DNA of 64,000 bases, taken from positions 53,788 through 117,787 of the IMG/VR virus record IMGVR_UViG_3300013126_000014; one strand, written 5' to 3'. How positions within the stretch are numbered: the first letter of the stretch is position 1; the number at the start of each line of letters is the position of its first letter. Shown here piece after piece: positions 29,879-39,441 of this stretch. Both the position numbers and the translations under genes were made by a program. Under the pieces are notes generated by a model. It was not told the origin of the DNA. It made no database searches and worked only from the letters and a program-made list of their open reading frames with translations. The stretch comes from a virus.

Positions 29879-31252
29879 ATGTCATACGTAATAAACAAAA
29901 CAAACGGCACAGTATTAGCGACAGTATTAGACGGAACTATTAATACTAGTGCTAGTAGCCTAACATTAGTCGGAAGAAACTACAGCAACTACGGCGAAGT
30001 AATTGGTGAAAATTTTGTTAAGCTGTTGGAAAATTTTGCTTACAATATTGCGCCAAGTAATCCGCTAGCAGGGCAGTTGTGGTGGGATAGCGGAAACAGC
30101 CTACTAAAAGTTTATACTGGCACATCATTTAAAATTGTAAGTAGTTGTACAGCACAAACAACAGCACCTACTACCACTGTAGCTGGCGATTTGTGGTGGG
30201 ATACTGCCAACGATCAATTGTATGTTTACAACGGTACAACGCCGTACAGTGCAGATGGATGGATTTTAGTTGGCCCTGGCTATAGTAAGGTTAACGGAAA
30301 GAGTGGTGCTATCTGGGAACAGATTACAGACACTACCAGCTCAACACACAGCGTTGTGGTGATGTATGTAGACGGTACACGCACAGGAATCATTAGCGAA
30401 GATAGTGAATTTACGCCAAATGTTGCAATCTCGGGGTTCTCAACGATTCGACCTGGTTATAACATGAGTTCTATAGGTACATTCCACGGAACTGCTAACA
30501 ATGCTAGTTATCTTGGTACACAGCCTGCTGCTAATTATTTCCGCAACAATATTGACAATAGTGGCACTGGTACATTAAGTGTTGTAAATGATTCTGGCAT
30601 TAAAGTTGGTGCTGGATTGGATTTAGAACTTTCAGTTTCGGGTACTGATGCGCAGATTAAAAATATCACCAGTGGCGGCGATATTGGTGTGTACGCAAAT
30701 GTTAGTGGAACTAGCACTAGAGTTTTGTACATTAATGGCGCCGACGGTACTATTGAAGTAGCAGATGACCCATCAACAGACCTAGGTGTTGCTACTAAAC
30801 AATATGTAGATGATAGTTTTGCTAATAGCCCTGTTCTCGGTGGTGTACCAACGGCCCCAACAATGCCAGTTGATACAGCAAACTTGTCTATTGCTACTAC
30901 AGATTTTGTTATTAACAATTCTGGGTTCCTTAAAAATAAAATATACCAAGGGAATAGCTATATTGAAATCCTTGACAGCGGCACTGGCAGTGCCAATGTT
31001 GTAATTGATGGCATAAGTGTAGCTACTGCTAGCGCATCAGGTATGAATTTACGCAATGGCGCTACAGCAATTACCCAAACACAAGTATACAACGGTTCAG
31101 GAAATACCACAGTGGCAACGACTCAATATGTTAAGACTGCTACAACCTGGTGGGGCGGCAGTGCTAAATTTGTGAGCACAGATGCACCAAATCCTGGAGT
31201 AAATGATGTGGGTTCCAATGATGGAGATTTTTGGTTCCAGCGTGATGCATAA
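29879..31252 (+). CDS. Tail fibre protein
   Basis: LTLVGRNY.NYGE...ENF..LLENF, GQLWWD/GDLWWD, ATKQYVD, PTAPT and GDFWF motifs. Confidence 0.75.
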   Translation: MSYVINKTNGTVLATVLDGTINTSASSLTLVGRNYSNYGEVIGENFVKLLENFAYNIAPSNPLAGQLWWDSGNSLLKVYTGTSFKIVSSCTAQTTAPTTTVAGDLWWDTANDQLYVYNGTTPYSADGWILVGPGYSKVNGKSGAIWEQITDTTSSTHSVVVMYVDGTRTGIISEDSEFTPNVAISGFSTIRPGYNMSSIGTFHGTANNASYLGTQPAANYFRNNIDNSGTGTLSVVNDSGIKVGAGLDLELSVSGTDAQIKNITSGGDIGVYANVSGTSTRVLYINGADGTIEVADDPSTDLGVATKQYVDDSFANSPVLGGVPTAPTMPVDTANLSIATTDFVINNSGFLKNKIYQGNSYIEILDSGTGSANVVIDGISVATASASGMNLRNGATAITQTQVYNGSGNTTVATTQYVKTATTWWGGSAKFVSTDAPNPGVNDVGSNDGDFWFQRDA

Positions 31253-31257
31253 CCAGA

Positions 31258-31263
31258 TAAATA
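31258..31263 (+). promoter_or_regulatory. TAAATA late-promoter motif
   Basis: Intergenic, 20 nt before ATG 31284. Confidence 0.6.
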
Positions 31264-31283
31264 ACTTATAATAGGTAAAAGAG

Positions 31284-32738
31284 ATGGCATATACAATTAC
31301 TACAACTGCTGGTACCACACTAGCAACAATCGCAGACGGTACAGTTAATACTAGTACCACAAGTTTAACCCTAATTGGTAAAAACTATGCAGGTTACGGT
31401 GTTTTCTTAAATGAAAACTATATCAAACTTTTAGAAAATTTTAGCAATACTACTGCACCAACAGCGGCACTACAAGGCCAGTTGTGGTACGATAGAGGGC
31501 AAAATGTATTAAAAGTATATGACGGAAGCCTATGGAAACCAATTTCAAGTTCTGCAGCAAGTAACACCGCTCCGACTTCAGCAGTTACAGGCGATTTGTG
31601 GTGGGATACAGCTAATGCACAACTAAAAGTATGGAGTGGCAGTGCTTGGGTTACTGTAGGACCTGCATATACCAGCACTTCGGGTACTTCAGGCGCAGTT
31701 GTAGAAACTATCTTAGATAGCAGTGCTGCTAGCCACGTAGTTGTTAAATTTTATATCTCAAACACCACTGTAGGTATCTTAAGTAAAGATGCTACCTTTA
31801 CTCCACAAACTAGCATATCTGGGTTTATAACAATTAAACCTGGTTTTAATTTGATCAGTTCTAGTACCATTACAGGTAGCCAATTTACGGGTGATTCTAG
31901 TAACGCACTGTTATTAAATGGTAACCCTGCAACATCTTTCTTGCGCAGCGATACTAATACTAGCACAGCATATAGTATTCAAGCAGCAAGTTTAGCAGTT
32001 GGTAGTGATTTAACTATAGCTAGTGCTAACAGTGCAGTTAGTTTAACAAACGCAACGTTAAACAGTTCATTGGATTTCTACGTTAACAAAGGTGGCGTTA
32101 ATACTAAAGCTATCGGTATTACAGGATCTACAGGCGCAGTTACATTGTCTGGCGCATTGGTTGCAAGCTCAACCGCTAGTGTTACAGGAAACTTAACAGT
32201 TGCAGGTTACAGCAATCTTCAAGGTATAACAGTAATTAGCAATTCGCTATTACCAAGTGCGAACGCTACAATTAATATTGGTAGCACATCTTCAAGATTT
32301 GCAAATGTATATGCAACCAACTTAGTCGGAACGGCAATTACTGCTAACTATGCCGACTTGGCTGAACGTTTTGAAGCAGATGTACCGATGGTACCGGGCA
32401 CTGTAGTTGAAATTGGTGGGGTTAAAGAAATCACAGCCGCTGTTCAGGAATTAAGCGATAATGTGTTTGGGGTTATAAGTACATTACCCGGTTTCTTATT
32501 AAATGGCAGTGCAGGAACAAATGAAACGCACCCGGCAGTTGCAGTAAATGGGCGTGTACCTGTGCGAGTAGTAGGCCGTATTAACAAGGGCGACCGATTA
32601 GTGAGCGCAGGCAATGGACTAGCTCGTGCAGCTTCTAAAGGTGAATACACTCCTTTTAACGTAATTGGGCGTGCTTTACAAACTAAAGTATCAACAGGTG
32701 AAGGCACCGTTGAAGCTATTGTCAAATTGAATAACTAA
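31284..32738 (+). CDS. Tail fibre protein with C-terminal YADLAE chaperone/autocleavage-like domain
   Basis: N-terminus paralogous to 29879..31252. C-terminal YADLAE...GVIST.P...GRVPVRV.G.INKGD.LVS...IGRAL. Confidence 0.75.
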   Translation: MAYTITTTAGTTLATIADGTVNTSTTSLTLIGKNYAGYGVFLNENYIKLLENFSNTTAPTAALQGQLWYDRGQNVLKVYDGSLWKPISSSAASNTAPTSAVTGDLWWDTANAQLKVWSGSAWVTVGPAYTSTSGTSGAVVETILDSSAASHVVVKFYISNTTVGILSKDATFTPQTSISGFITIKPGFNLISSSTITGSQFTGDSSNALLLNGNPATSFLRSDTNTSTAYSIQAASLAVGSDLTIASANSAVSLTNATLNSSLDFYVNKGGVNTKAIGITGSTGAVTLSGALVASSTASVTGNLTVAGYSNLQGITVISNSLLPSANATINIGSTSSRFANVYATNLVGTAITANYADLAERFEADVPMVPGTVVEIGGVKEITAAVQELSDNVFGVISTLPGFLLNGSAGTNETHPAVAVNGRVPVRVVGRINKGDRLVSAGNGLARAASKGEYTPFNVIGRALQTKVSTGEGTVEAIVKLNN

Positions 32739-32749
32739 GGAAATCAAAT

Positions 32750-33712
32750 ATGTCATATGCATCGGGCGGATTAATTGAAGCCACGGACTACAACAACTTA
32801 GCATGGGGAGGCACCCAAGGAACATACACCTCAAGCCCGACTAACATCGCTTATGTAATGGGTGTAGGTAATGGCGTATTTGGCTACGGACAAGATGTTA
32901 GTGCTATTAATACAGTTTCGGCTGCAGGAACAGTTACGGCAACGCAATGGAGTGGGTTCTTAACTACTTTAAATAAAGCATTAGGACACCAAAGTGGCAG
33001 TGGCGCACAGATTTCAGTCGATCCTGCTATTACCGCAGGTAACACGATTACTTACTTTGGTAGTATAGCCACGGCAGTGGGCACAATTAACACCAACAAA
33101 GCATTATTTGATTCACAAGGATCTACAACAACTGGCTCAACTCAATCTTGGAATCCAACTGCGGCAGCCGCATCGGCTCTGTCAGCCTTTCAAGACATTA
33201 ACGTAGCATTTAGTAGTGCAAATGCTGCACGATATTTCTTTAATGCAGGTGGCCAAATTAACTTTGTAGTTTCAGCAACAGACAATGCTGGAACAAGCCG
33301 AAGCCAAGCACTTCGTGATATGATTAACAGCGCAGGGGGCATCACTGCATTCCAAAACACAACCAATGGCGGTCGAAGCGGGTCCGGTGGCACCGCAGTT
33401 ACTAACAATACAAGTTTTGGTTACAGAGATTTAGTGTTTAATACTCCACAAACTATTGTAAATATGGATGTTGCGGGTACATATAGTGCGCACGATGTTC
33501 AATTACAATTATTCGCTAACGATAGCAACACAACCAATGGTAGTATTACTAGCAGTGTTGCATTTAGATTATCTCTATATGCTGCAGCAGATGATGCATT
33601 TGGCGGCGATGTTAATCTAACAGTTAGCGTGCGTGCAGACATTGTATATCCAGAGACAACCTACTTGTCAGACGCATGGGGCACACCAACAGTAACTTTT
33701 GATAATACATAG
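32750..33712 (+). CDS. Virion structural protein (fibre-associated)
   Basis: G/T/S/A-rich, I.ATDYN, GYGQ and ARYFFNAGG motifs. Last gene of the tail block. Confidence 0.6.
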   Translation: MSYASGGLIEATDYNNLAWGGTQGTYTSSPTNIAYVMGVGNGVFGYGQDVSAINTVSAAGTVTATQWSGFLTTLNKALGHQSGSGAQISVDPAITAGNTITYFGSIATAVGTINTNKALFDSQGSTTTGSTQSWNPTAAAASALSAFQDINVAFSSANAARYFFNAGGQINFVVSATDNAGTSRSQALRDMINSAGGITAFQNTTNGGRSGSGGTAVTNNTSFGYRDLVFNTPQTIVNMDVAGTYSAHDVQLQLFANDSNTTNGSITSSVAFRLSLYAAADDAFGGDVNLTVSVRADIVYPETTYLSDAWGTPTVTFDNT

Positions 33713-33741
33713 TTGACAGATTAACTAAAATCTTGTATAAT
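33713..33741 (+). promoter_or_regulatory. Consensus sigma70 promoter heading the glycosyltransferase/radical SAM cluster
   Basis: TTGACA (33713-33718), 17-nt spacer, TATAAT (33736-33741). Confidence 0.8.
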
Positions 33742-33772
33742 ATAGGTAAGTTTTTCTAACTTACCTATTTTT
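33742..33772 (+). terminator. Putative intrinsic terminator of the tail operon
   Basis: Perfect 11-bp inverted repeat ATAGGTAAGTT / AACTTACCTAT with a short loop, followed by a T run. The stem is AT-rich. Confidence 0.6.
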
Positions 33773-33788
33773 ATGGCTATATAATTAT

Positions 33789-34097
33789 ATGATTGATCAA
33801 TTAGTAGAACAGATTAAACAGTCAACGAACTACCAAACTAACAAGCGTATTTTACGCGAAAAAATTCAGACTGACCTCCACGTTGCGTATAATGGTGGCT
33901 TATTTAAAGTTACCCCTGAATTGATATCTTTTTTGTCAGTTTGGGAAGCCGATGACTTATTTTTAGAAGATACTTATCAAAATCCTATTAAAGTTAGTAG
34001 AATAGAATTTTTATCATTGTGTAAGCAACATTACCAAACAGCTATGAATAGTTGGAACATACAATATGAAGAACTTAAACGCATTAGAAAAATCTAA
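33789..34097 (+). CDS. Hypothetical protein
   Basis: 102-aa ORF after the promoter, overlapping the next gene. Confidence 0.7.
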   Translation: MIDQLVEQIKQSTNYQTNKRILREKIQTDLHVAYNGGLFKVTPELISFLSVWEADDLFLEDTYQNPIKVSRIEFLSLCKQHYQTAMNSWNIQYEELKRIRKI

Positions 34098-34881
34098 AGG
34101 TGTTATATTATTTGCGTTTAACACTGAAACTATTGACTATGTTAAAATTGCAGATCGCGCAGCTCAATTAGTGCACCGCACCCTTGGTTTGCCTGTTACT
34201 TTGGTAACAGATCAAAATGTCGTTACTGGACATATTGATCAAATAGTTATAATTAAAAATACTCTACAAAACTTTCGAGTTGGGTATGCTGGCGGCACAC
34301 AATGGCGTAATGGGAATAGATATCGGGCATATGATCTAAGCCCGTACGACGAAACTATACTGATCGATAGTGATTATCTAATGTTAGATCAAACACTATT
34401 AACCATGTTAGACTCTACTTTAGATTATAGACTTATACATGAGAATCAAACACCCGACCATTATATGACTAATAGCATGGGCAATACTAGTTTAGATTAT
34501 GTTTGGGCAACAGCGATTACATTTAAACGTACAGAACGTAGCCGCCTACTGTTTGAATTGGTCGGACGTATACAGCGAAACTATGAATACTATCGTTGTC
34601 TGTATAATATACAACAAAGAAACTTTCGCAACGATTATGCGTTTGCTATTGCACACAATATTTTGAACGGATACACCTTGGCTAAAGATCAAAGCATGCC
34701 AATTACTATGCTAACTATAGAAAATACCGTGCAGGCAATAGAACTAAGAACTAATAATTTAGTAGTACGGCAACCAGGTTATGCACATGTATTACCAAAA
34801 CAAAATCTACATATCATCGACAAGGACTATTTGCTTAGTGAAAACTACGGCAAATTTATAGACATTATATGTCAAAATTAG
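34066..34881 (+). CDS. GT-A fold glycosyltransferase-like protein (GT8-like)
   Basis: YDLSPYDETILIDSDYL (DxD after a hydrophobic strand) and RNDYAFAIA. Confidence 0.65.
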   Translation: MKNLNALEKSKGVILFAFNTETIDYVKIADRAAQLVHRTLGLPVTLVTDQNVVTGHIDQIVIIKNTLQNFRVGYAGGTQWRNGNRYRAYDLSPYDETILIDSDYLMLDQTLLTMLDSTLDYRLIHENQTPDHYMTNSMGNTSLDYVWATAITFKRTERSRLLFELVGRIQRNYEYYRCLYNIQQRNFRNDYAFAIAHNILNGYTLAKDQSMPITMLTIENTVQAIELRTNNLVVRQPGYAHVLPKQNLHIIDKDYLLSENYGKFIDIICQN

Positions 34882-35717
34882 AACAGCAAGGGTTTCTAAC
34901 CATAGCACAGAATAACGATACTACAGATTATCTGCGACTTGCTTACGCACAGGCGTTAAGCATTAAATTAACTATGCCTGGCAGTAAGTATGCTGTTCTA
35001 GTTGATGCCGTAACTATGTCTCAAGTAACTAACAAACATCGCAAGATATTTGATTACGTAATTGAACTACCTATAGACGATGCTGTTGATCAGCAGTGGA
35101 AATTGGCCAATGAATGGCAGGCCTGTGCTCTGACACCATTTAAAGAAACTATTAAACTTGAAAGTGATATACTGTTTACACGTAGCATCGAACATTGGTG
35201 GACTATATTCCGTTTAAGAAATATTGTAATTAGTTTAGGATGCAAAGATTTTCAAGGCAATCCTGCTGCTAGTAGAAATTATCGTAAGGTGTTTGACGAT
35301 AATAATCTACCAGATGTATACACAGGATTAATGTATTTTAGATACAGTAGTGAAGCATATGAATTTTTTGAAATAGTTAAAGCCTGTTTTCGACATTGGG
35401 ATATAGTGTCAGCACAGTTGAAGAACTATAGAGACACACAACCAACCACGGATCTAGTTTATGCTGTAGCTGCAAATCGCATGGGTTTGGAAACTTGTAC
35501 GTTGCCCAGCTGTGATTTTATTAACTTTACGCATATGAAAAACTCAATCAACCTCTGGCCAGAATCTATTCCGTGGTCTGAAATAGTGTTAACAGAAATT
35601 GATAGCCCAATGTTGCGTGTGAATAATACTAATCAATATTACCCATTTCACTATCAGGATAAGGCTTGGATCACAGATGAATTAATAGAGAGATATGAAA
35701 ATGAGCTCAGAATCTGA
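34869..35717 (+). CDS. GT-A fold glycosyltransferase-like protein, paralogue of the upstream gene
   Basis: LTPFKETIKLESDIL (ExD), YTGLMYF, TTDLVYAVA, FTHMK. Confidence 0.6.
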   Translation: MSKLEQQGFLTIAQNNDTTDYLRLAYAQALSIKLTMPGSKYAVLVDAVTMSQVTNKHRKIFDYVIELPIDDAVDQQWKLANEWQACALTPFKETIKLESDILFTRSIEHWWTIFRLRNIVISLGCKDFQGNPAASRNYRKVFDDNNLPDVYTGLMYFRYSSEAYEFFEIVKACFRHWDIVSAQLKNYRDTQPTTDLVYAVAANRMGLETCTLPSCDFINFTHMKNSINLWPESIPWSEIVLTEIDSPMLRVNNTNQYYPFHYQDKAWITDELIERYENELRI

Positions 35718-36054
35718 ATTTTTGGCAGCACTACTGGCATTGCAACCTATAGTCGAAGAACCTATAGAATATAGAATTTATTATAATGAAAATGGGCGGA
35801 TAACTCAATGCAGCTTGCGAGGGCATCCTAAAGACGGTAACTATCTAGTCGTTACCGCTGAAGAGTATAACAACTATTTTCGCTATACTGTAGTAGAAGG
35901 TAGGCTGAAAAGAATTGACGTCGAGCATAACTTTCATGTAAAATTAACAAAGGCAGATTGCGGATATAAAGTAGTTAAAAATCACGCCGGTATCTTAATT
36001 GAACCAAATGAAACCTATAAGTATATAGAATATTATGACAACAGAAATAATTGA
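35695..36054 (+). CDS. Hypothetical protein
   Basis: 119-aa ORF overlapping both neighbours. Confidence 0.65.
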   Translation: MKMSSESEFLAALLALQPIVEEPIEYRIYYNENGRITQCSLRGHPKDGNYLVVTAEEYNNYFRYTVVEGRLKRIDVEHNFHVKLTKADCGYKVVKNHAGILIEPNETYKYIEYYDNRNN

Positions 36055-36931
36055 CGTAGCAGATTTAGATTGTATATATCTGAGTTACGATGAACCTAAA
36101 AAAGAAGAGTTCTGGGTGCAAATACAAAATATTGTACCTTGGGCAAAACGTATAGACGGAGTTAAAGGAAGTGATAGAGCACACAAAGCTGCTGCTTCGG
36201 CAAGCGACACTGAGCGGTTTATTCTTATTGATGGGGACAATATTCCTGATCCTAACTTTTTTAATTTGCAGCTTGGTCTTAATAGCACTAACCGTGACTG
36301 TGTGTTTCGTTGGCGTGCAAAGAACGCGATCAATGGTCTACAGTATGGCAATGGCGGGTTGAGCTGCTGGACCCGTGCATTTGTACAGACTATGCAGACA
36401 CACGAAGCTAGTGATGGATCAGCTGCAAATGATGTAGAGTTTTGTTTCTACCCAAACTATTGGGCCATGCATGACTGCTATTCAACAACCTATCCCGACC
36501 AAAGTCCATTTCAGGCATGGCGGGCAGGTTTCCGCGAAGGTGTTAAGATGTGTTTAGATCGTGGAACAAGACCTAATTTATCAGAGTTTGAACAACGTGT
36601 ACACAGTCGCAACTATGATCATTTATGTATTTGGCAGACCGTGGGTGCAGATGTTGAGAATGGCTTTTGGGCTATATATGGCGCACGTCTTGGGACGTAT
36701 ATGACAATGTTAGAAGATTGGGATTATCGTAAAGTGCAAGACTTTGATGCGCTTGCATCGCTGTGGAATGTGTACAATAATGCACAACCTGAGCACTGTA
36801 CTAATATTGGCAACGAACTGCGAAACAAATTGGGTTTGCCTATAGTAGATATGGACCCAGAAGAAAGTAAATTTTTTAAACACCATTACAAGAGTAATTT
36901 CCGTAATCGAGGAATAATGACACGTGAGTAA
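36035..36931 (+). CDS. GT-A fold glycosyltransferase-like protein
   Basis: IYLSYDEP, GVKGSDRAHKAAA, FILIDGD (DxD), NGLQYGNGG, AWRAGFREGVK. Confidence 0.7.
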   Translation: MTTEIIDVADLDCIYLSYDEPKKEEFWVQIQNIVPWAKRIDGVKGSDRAHKAAASASDTERFILIDGDNIPDPNFFNLQLGLNSTNRDCVFRWRAKNAINGLQYGNGGLSCWTRAFVQTMQTHEASDGSAANDVEFCFYPNYWAMHDCYSTTYPDQSPFQAWRAGFREGVKMCLDRGTRPNLSEFEQRVHSRNYDHLCIWQTVGADVENGFWAIYGARLGTYMTMLEDWDYRKVQDFDALASLWNVYNNAQPEHCTNIGNELRNKLGLPIVDMDPEESKFFKHHYKSNFRNRGIMTRE

Positions 36932-38324
36932 AAGCGTGTTTATGTCGGCAGCAGAACAAATGAAGGACCAGTTAGGACCGGCACTCTGCCTGGCCAAGTG
37001 GCAACAAGTTAGTCTACATTTGGGCACCGGTATGACTAATAGTTGTTACCATCCACCGTTGCATGAAATTGATCCTACTCCTTTACTAGCCAATCCTAGT
37101 GCGTTACATAATACATCTTACAAAAAATCTCAACGTATTATTATGTTAAAGCAAGAACGCCCGGGGGAATGCAGTTATTGCTGGAGTGCAGAAGACAACG
37201 GGCACTTGAGTGATCGACACTATCGCAGCGGTGAGCCATGGGCCGCAGAACACTTTGACACGATTGTAAACAGCCAAGGCAACGAAGATGTTACACCAAG
37301 TTATGTTGAAGTAAACTTTAGTAATGTATGCAACCTTGCGTGTTCGTATTGTAGTCCGCAGTATTCTACAGAATGGGCAAAGGATGTAGAACGTTGGGGC
37401 GCATATCCTACGAGCAATAAACATAATGATCCGGTTTACTTCCAAGGTCGTCGCAAATCCATTCCGAATCGTGAACACAACCCATATTTAGAAGCATTTT
37501 GGCGTTGGTGGCCCGAATTATATCCTAAATTAAAACACTTCCGTATGACCGGCGGTGAACCTCTTATGGATAAAAACACACACCGCGTGTTTGATTACAT
37601 TCTAAACAGTTTACCAAACAAAGAGCTACATTTAGATGTTACTAGTAACTTTAGTGTAGTTCCTGAGCTGTTTAACCCTTACTTAGAAAAAGTCAAACAA
37701 TTATGTGAAGGTGATTATGTTGAACATTTTATGCAGTATGTAAGTTTAGACAGTGGCGACCCGATGCAGGCCAGTTATATTCGCAGAGGTATGGGCAATC
37801 ATCGCGTAAACACATACGTCCATCGTTACTTAACACAGATACCTAACCGTAACAGTTTAACCTACATTATTACAATGAGCAACTTAAACATTTTAGGGTT
37901 AAAACGCTTACTTGAGCATATATTAGAATTACGCCAGCTACACAGTCACACCTATCAACGTGTTTGGTTTGATACACCGTTGTTACGTAGCCCAACATGG
38001 CAAAGTTTACAAATACTCCCACAAAGTTATTGGGAGATATTGGAAGATAGTGTTGTTTTTATGAAACAAAATCAGATGTCCGAAGAAAGTTTTGTAGGAT
38101 TTAAAGACTACGAAATACAGCGCATGGAACGTAACCTAGCATGGATGCGTCAAGGACGAGAGTTGGAACCCACATATATAGAACAACAACGGGCTGACTT
38201 TTACCGTTTCTTTAGTGAATATGATAAACGCAGCGAAACACAGGGAATAACAAGTTTCTTAGAAACTTTTCCTGAGATGAAAGATTTTTGGCAAGAGTGC
38301 AAATGGCATGCAGAAAATTCCTAA
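36924..38324 (+). CDS. Radical SAM enzyme with N-terminal Twitch-like module
   Basis: CLAKW...SCYH...CSYCW, then CNLACSYC and TGGEP. GTG start overlapping the upstream stop. Confidence 0.9.
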   Translation: MSKSVFMSAAEQMKDQLGPALCLAKWQQVSLHLGTGMTNSCYHPPLHEIDPTPLLANPSALHNTSYKKSQRIIMLKQERPGECSYCWSAEDNGHLSDRHYRSGEPWAAEHFDTIVNSQGNEDVTPSYVEVNFSNVCNLACSYCSPQYSTEWAKDVERWGAYPTSNKHNDPVYFQGRRKSIPNREHNPYLEAFWRWWPELYPKLKHFRMTGGEPLMDKNTHRVFDYILNSLPNKELHLDVTSNFSVVPELFNPYLEKVKQLCEGDYVEHFMQYVSLDSGDPMQASYIRRGMGNHRVNTYVHRYLTQIPNRNSLTYIITMSNLNILGLKRLLEHILELRQLHSHTYQRVWFDTPLLRSPTWQSLQILPQSYWEILEDSVVFMKQNQMSEESFVGFKDYEIQRMERNLAWMRQGRELEPTYIEQQRADFYRFFSEYDKRSETQGITSFLETFPEMKDFWQECKWHAENS

Positions 38325-39441
38325 GACATTTTGTCCTGCCAAATGGGAAGAGATACATGTTAACTTTGGGTTTAATTATGTGTTTGCTTGCTGTAAAGCA
38401 ACACCGATCCGATTTGTTAACAACATCAATGAAGTACTTGGCCCACAACGGCAAAATTTACTAAATGATATACAGGATCCTAGTTGTAATTATTGCTGGT
38501 CGATGGAAAATCAAGGTCATGCGAGTCGCCGGCACGATTACCTGTCAAAGAACAACAACGATATTTCTATCTATAGGGAAAATAAATCTAAAACTAAGAT
38601 GGTGGAAATTAGTTTAGGGAACGAGTGTAATTTTCAATGCGGATATTGCAATCCTAAATTTAGTAGCCAATGGGAAAGTGATGTTAATTCAAAAATATAT
38701 CCAGTATTTACTGATAGATTTTTTTATGCGTTAGATGAAAAAAATAAAAATACAATCGTTGATACAGTAAATTGGTTGTCTGAGGTTGAAGATCTAGATA
38801 CGTTATCTATTGTTGGCGGCGAACCTTTATTGAATAAAAACTTTTTTAAGATAATTGAAAAAGTTAAATCAAATAAATTGGGATTTGCGACTAATTTATC
38901 TTGTAGCCAATTAAAAATAGATCAAGTATTAGAATTAGCAAATCATTACAGCGATATCAGCTTAAGTGTAAGCATAGATTCTACAGGCGAGCTAGCAGAA
39001 TTTACTCGTTACGGCATGAACTGGGATACTATGCGGGATAATTTGTTATACCTTGTGACTAACAGCCCTAAGAATGTAAAAATTAATTTATTATCTCTTA
39101 TGACAAGTTCTACCATAAGAGGACTCAAAGAGATGACTCTCTTTGTTGAAAGACTGTATAATATTAATAACAATCTTGTTTGGCAATTATTTGATTGCAG
39201 AGATCCAAAGATACATAGCATGTTAACGTTACCAACTGAGATGAAACCAGAAATACTTAAACAGTTGGATATAATAAACACAATGCCAAACACTGAATTT
39301 GCAGAATTGGTTCAAAATAGTATTATTAATAGCAAATTTAATAGAACTATGTATAAAGAATTACAGGAATTTACTAATGAATTTAGCCAACGTAAAAATA
39401 TAGAGGTACCAGAATGCCTAAAAGACCTCAAGAAACCTTAA
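38308..39441 (+). CDS. Radical SAM enzyme with N-terminal Twitch-like module
   Basis: CPAKW...ACC...CNYCW, then CNFQCGYC and VGGEP. Confidence 0.9.
   Translation: MQKIPKTFCPAKWEEIHVNFGFNYVFACCKATPIRFVNNINEVLGPQRQNLLNDIQDPSCNYCWSMENQGHASRRHDYLSKNNNDISIYRENKSKTKMVEISLGNECNFQCGYCNPKFSSQWESDVNSKIYPVFTDRFFYALDEKNKNTIVDTVNWLSEVEDLDTLSIVGGEPLLNKNFFKIIEKVKSNKLGFATNLSCSQLKIDQVLELANHYSDISLSVSIDSTGELAEFTRYGMNWDTMRDNLLYLVTNSPKNVKINLLSLMTSSTIRGLKEMTLFVERLYNINNNLVWQLFDCRDPKIHSMLTLPTEMKPEILKQLDIINTMPNTEFAELVQNSIINSKFNRTMYKELQEFTNEFSQRKNIEVPECLKDLKKP

Noticed and set aside
15604-33408. Many 60-130 aa minus-strand ORFs inside the structural genes
   Set aside because: Expected antisense open frames of long biased coding sequences; no RBS, motifs or operon context.
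28015-33712. Diversity-generating retroelement or invertible tail-fibre cassette
   Set aside because: No reverse transcriptase or invertase, and no near-identical TR/VR nucleotide pair seen; fibre similarity is diverged and at protein level.
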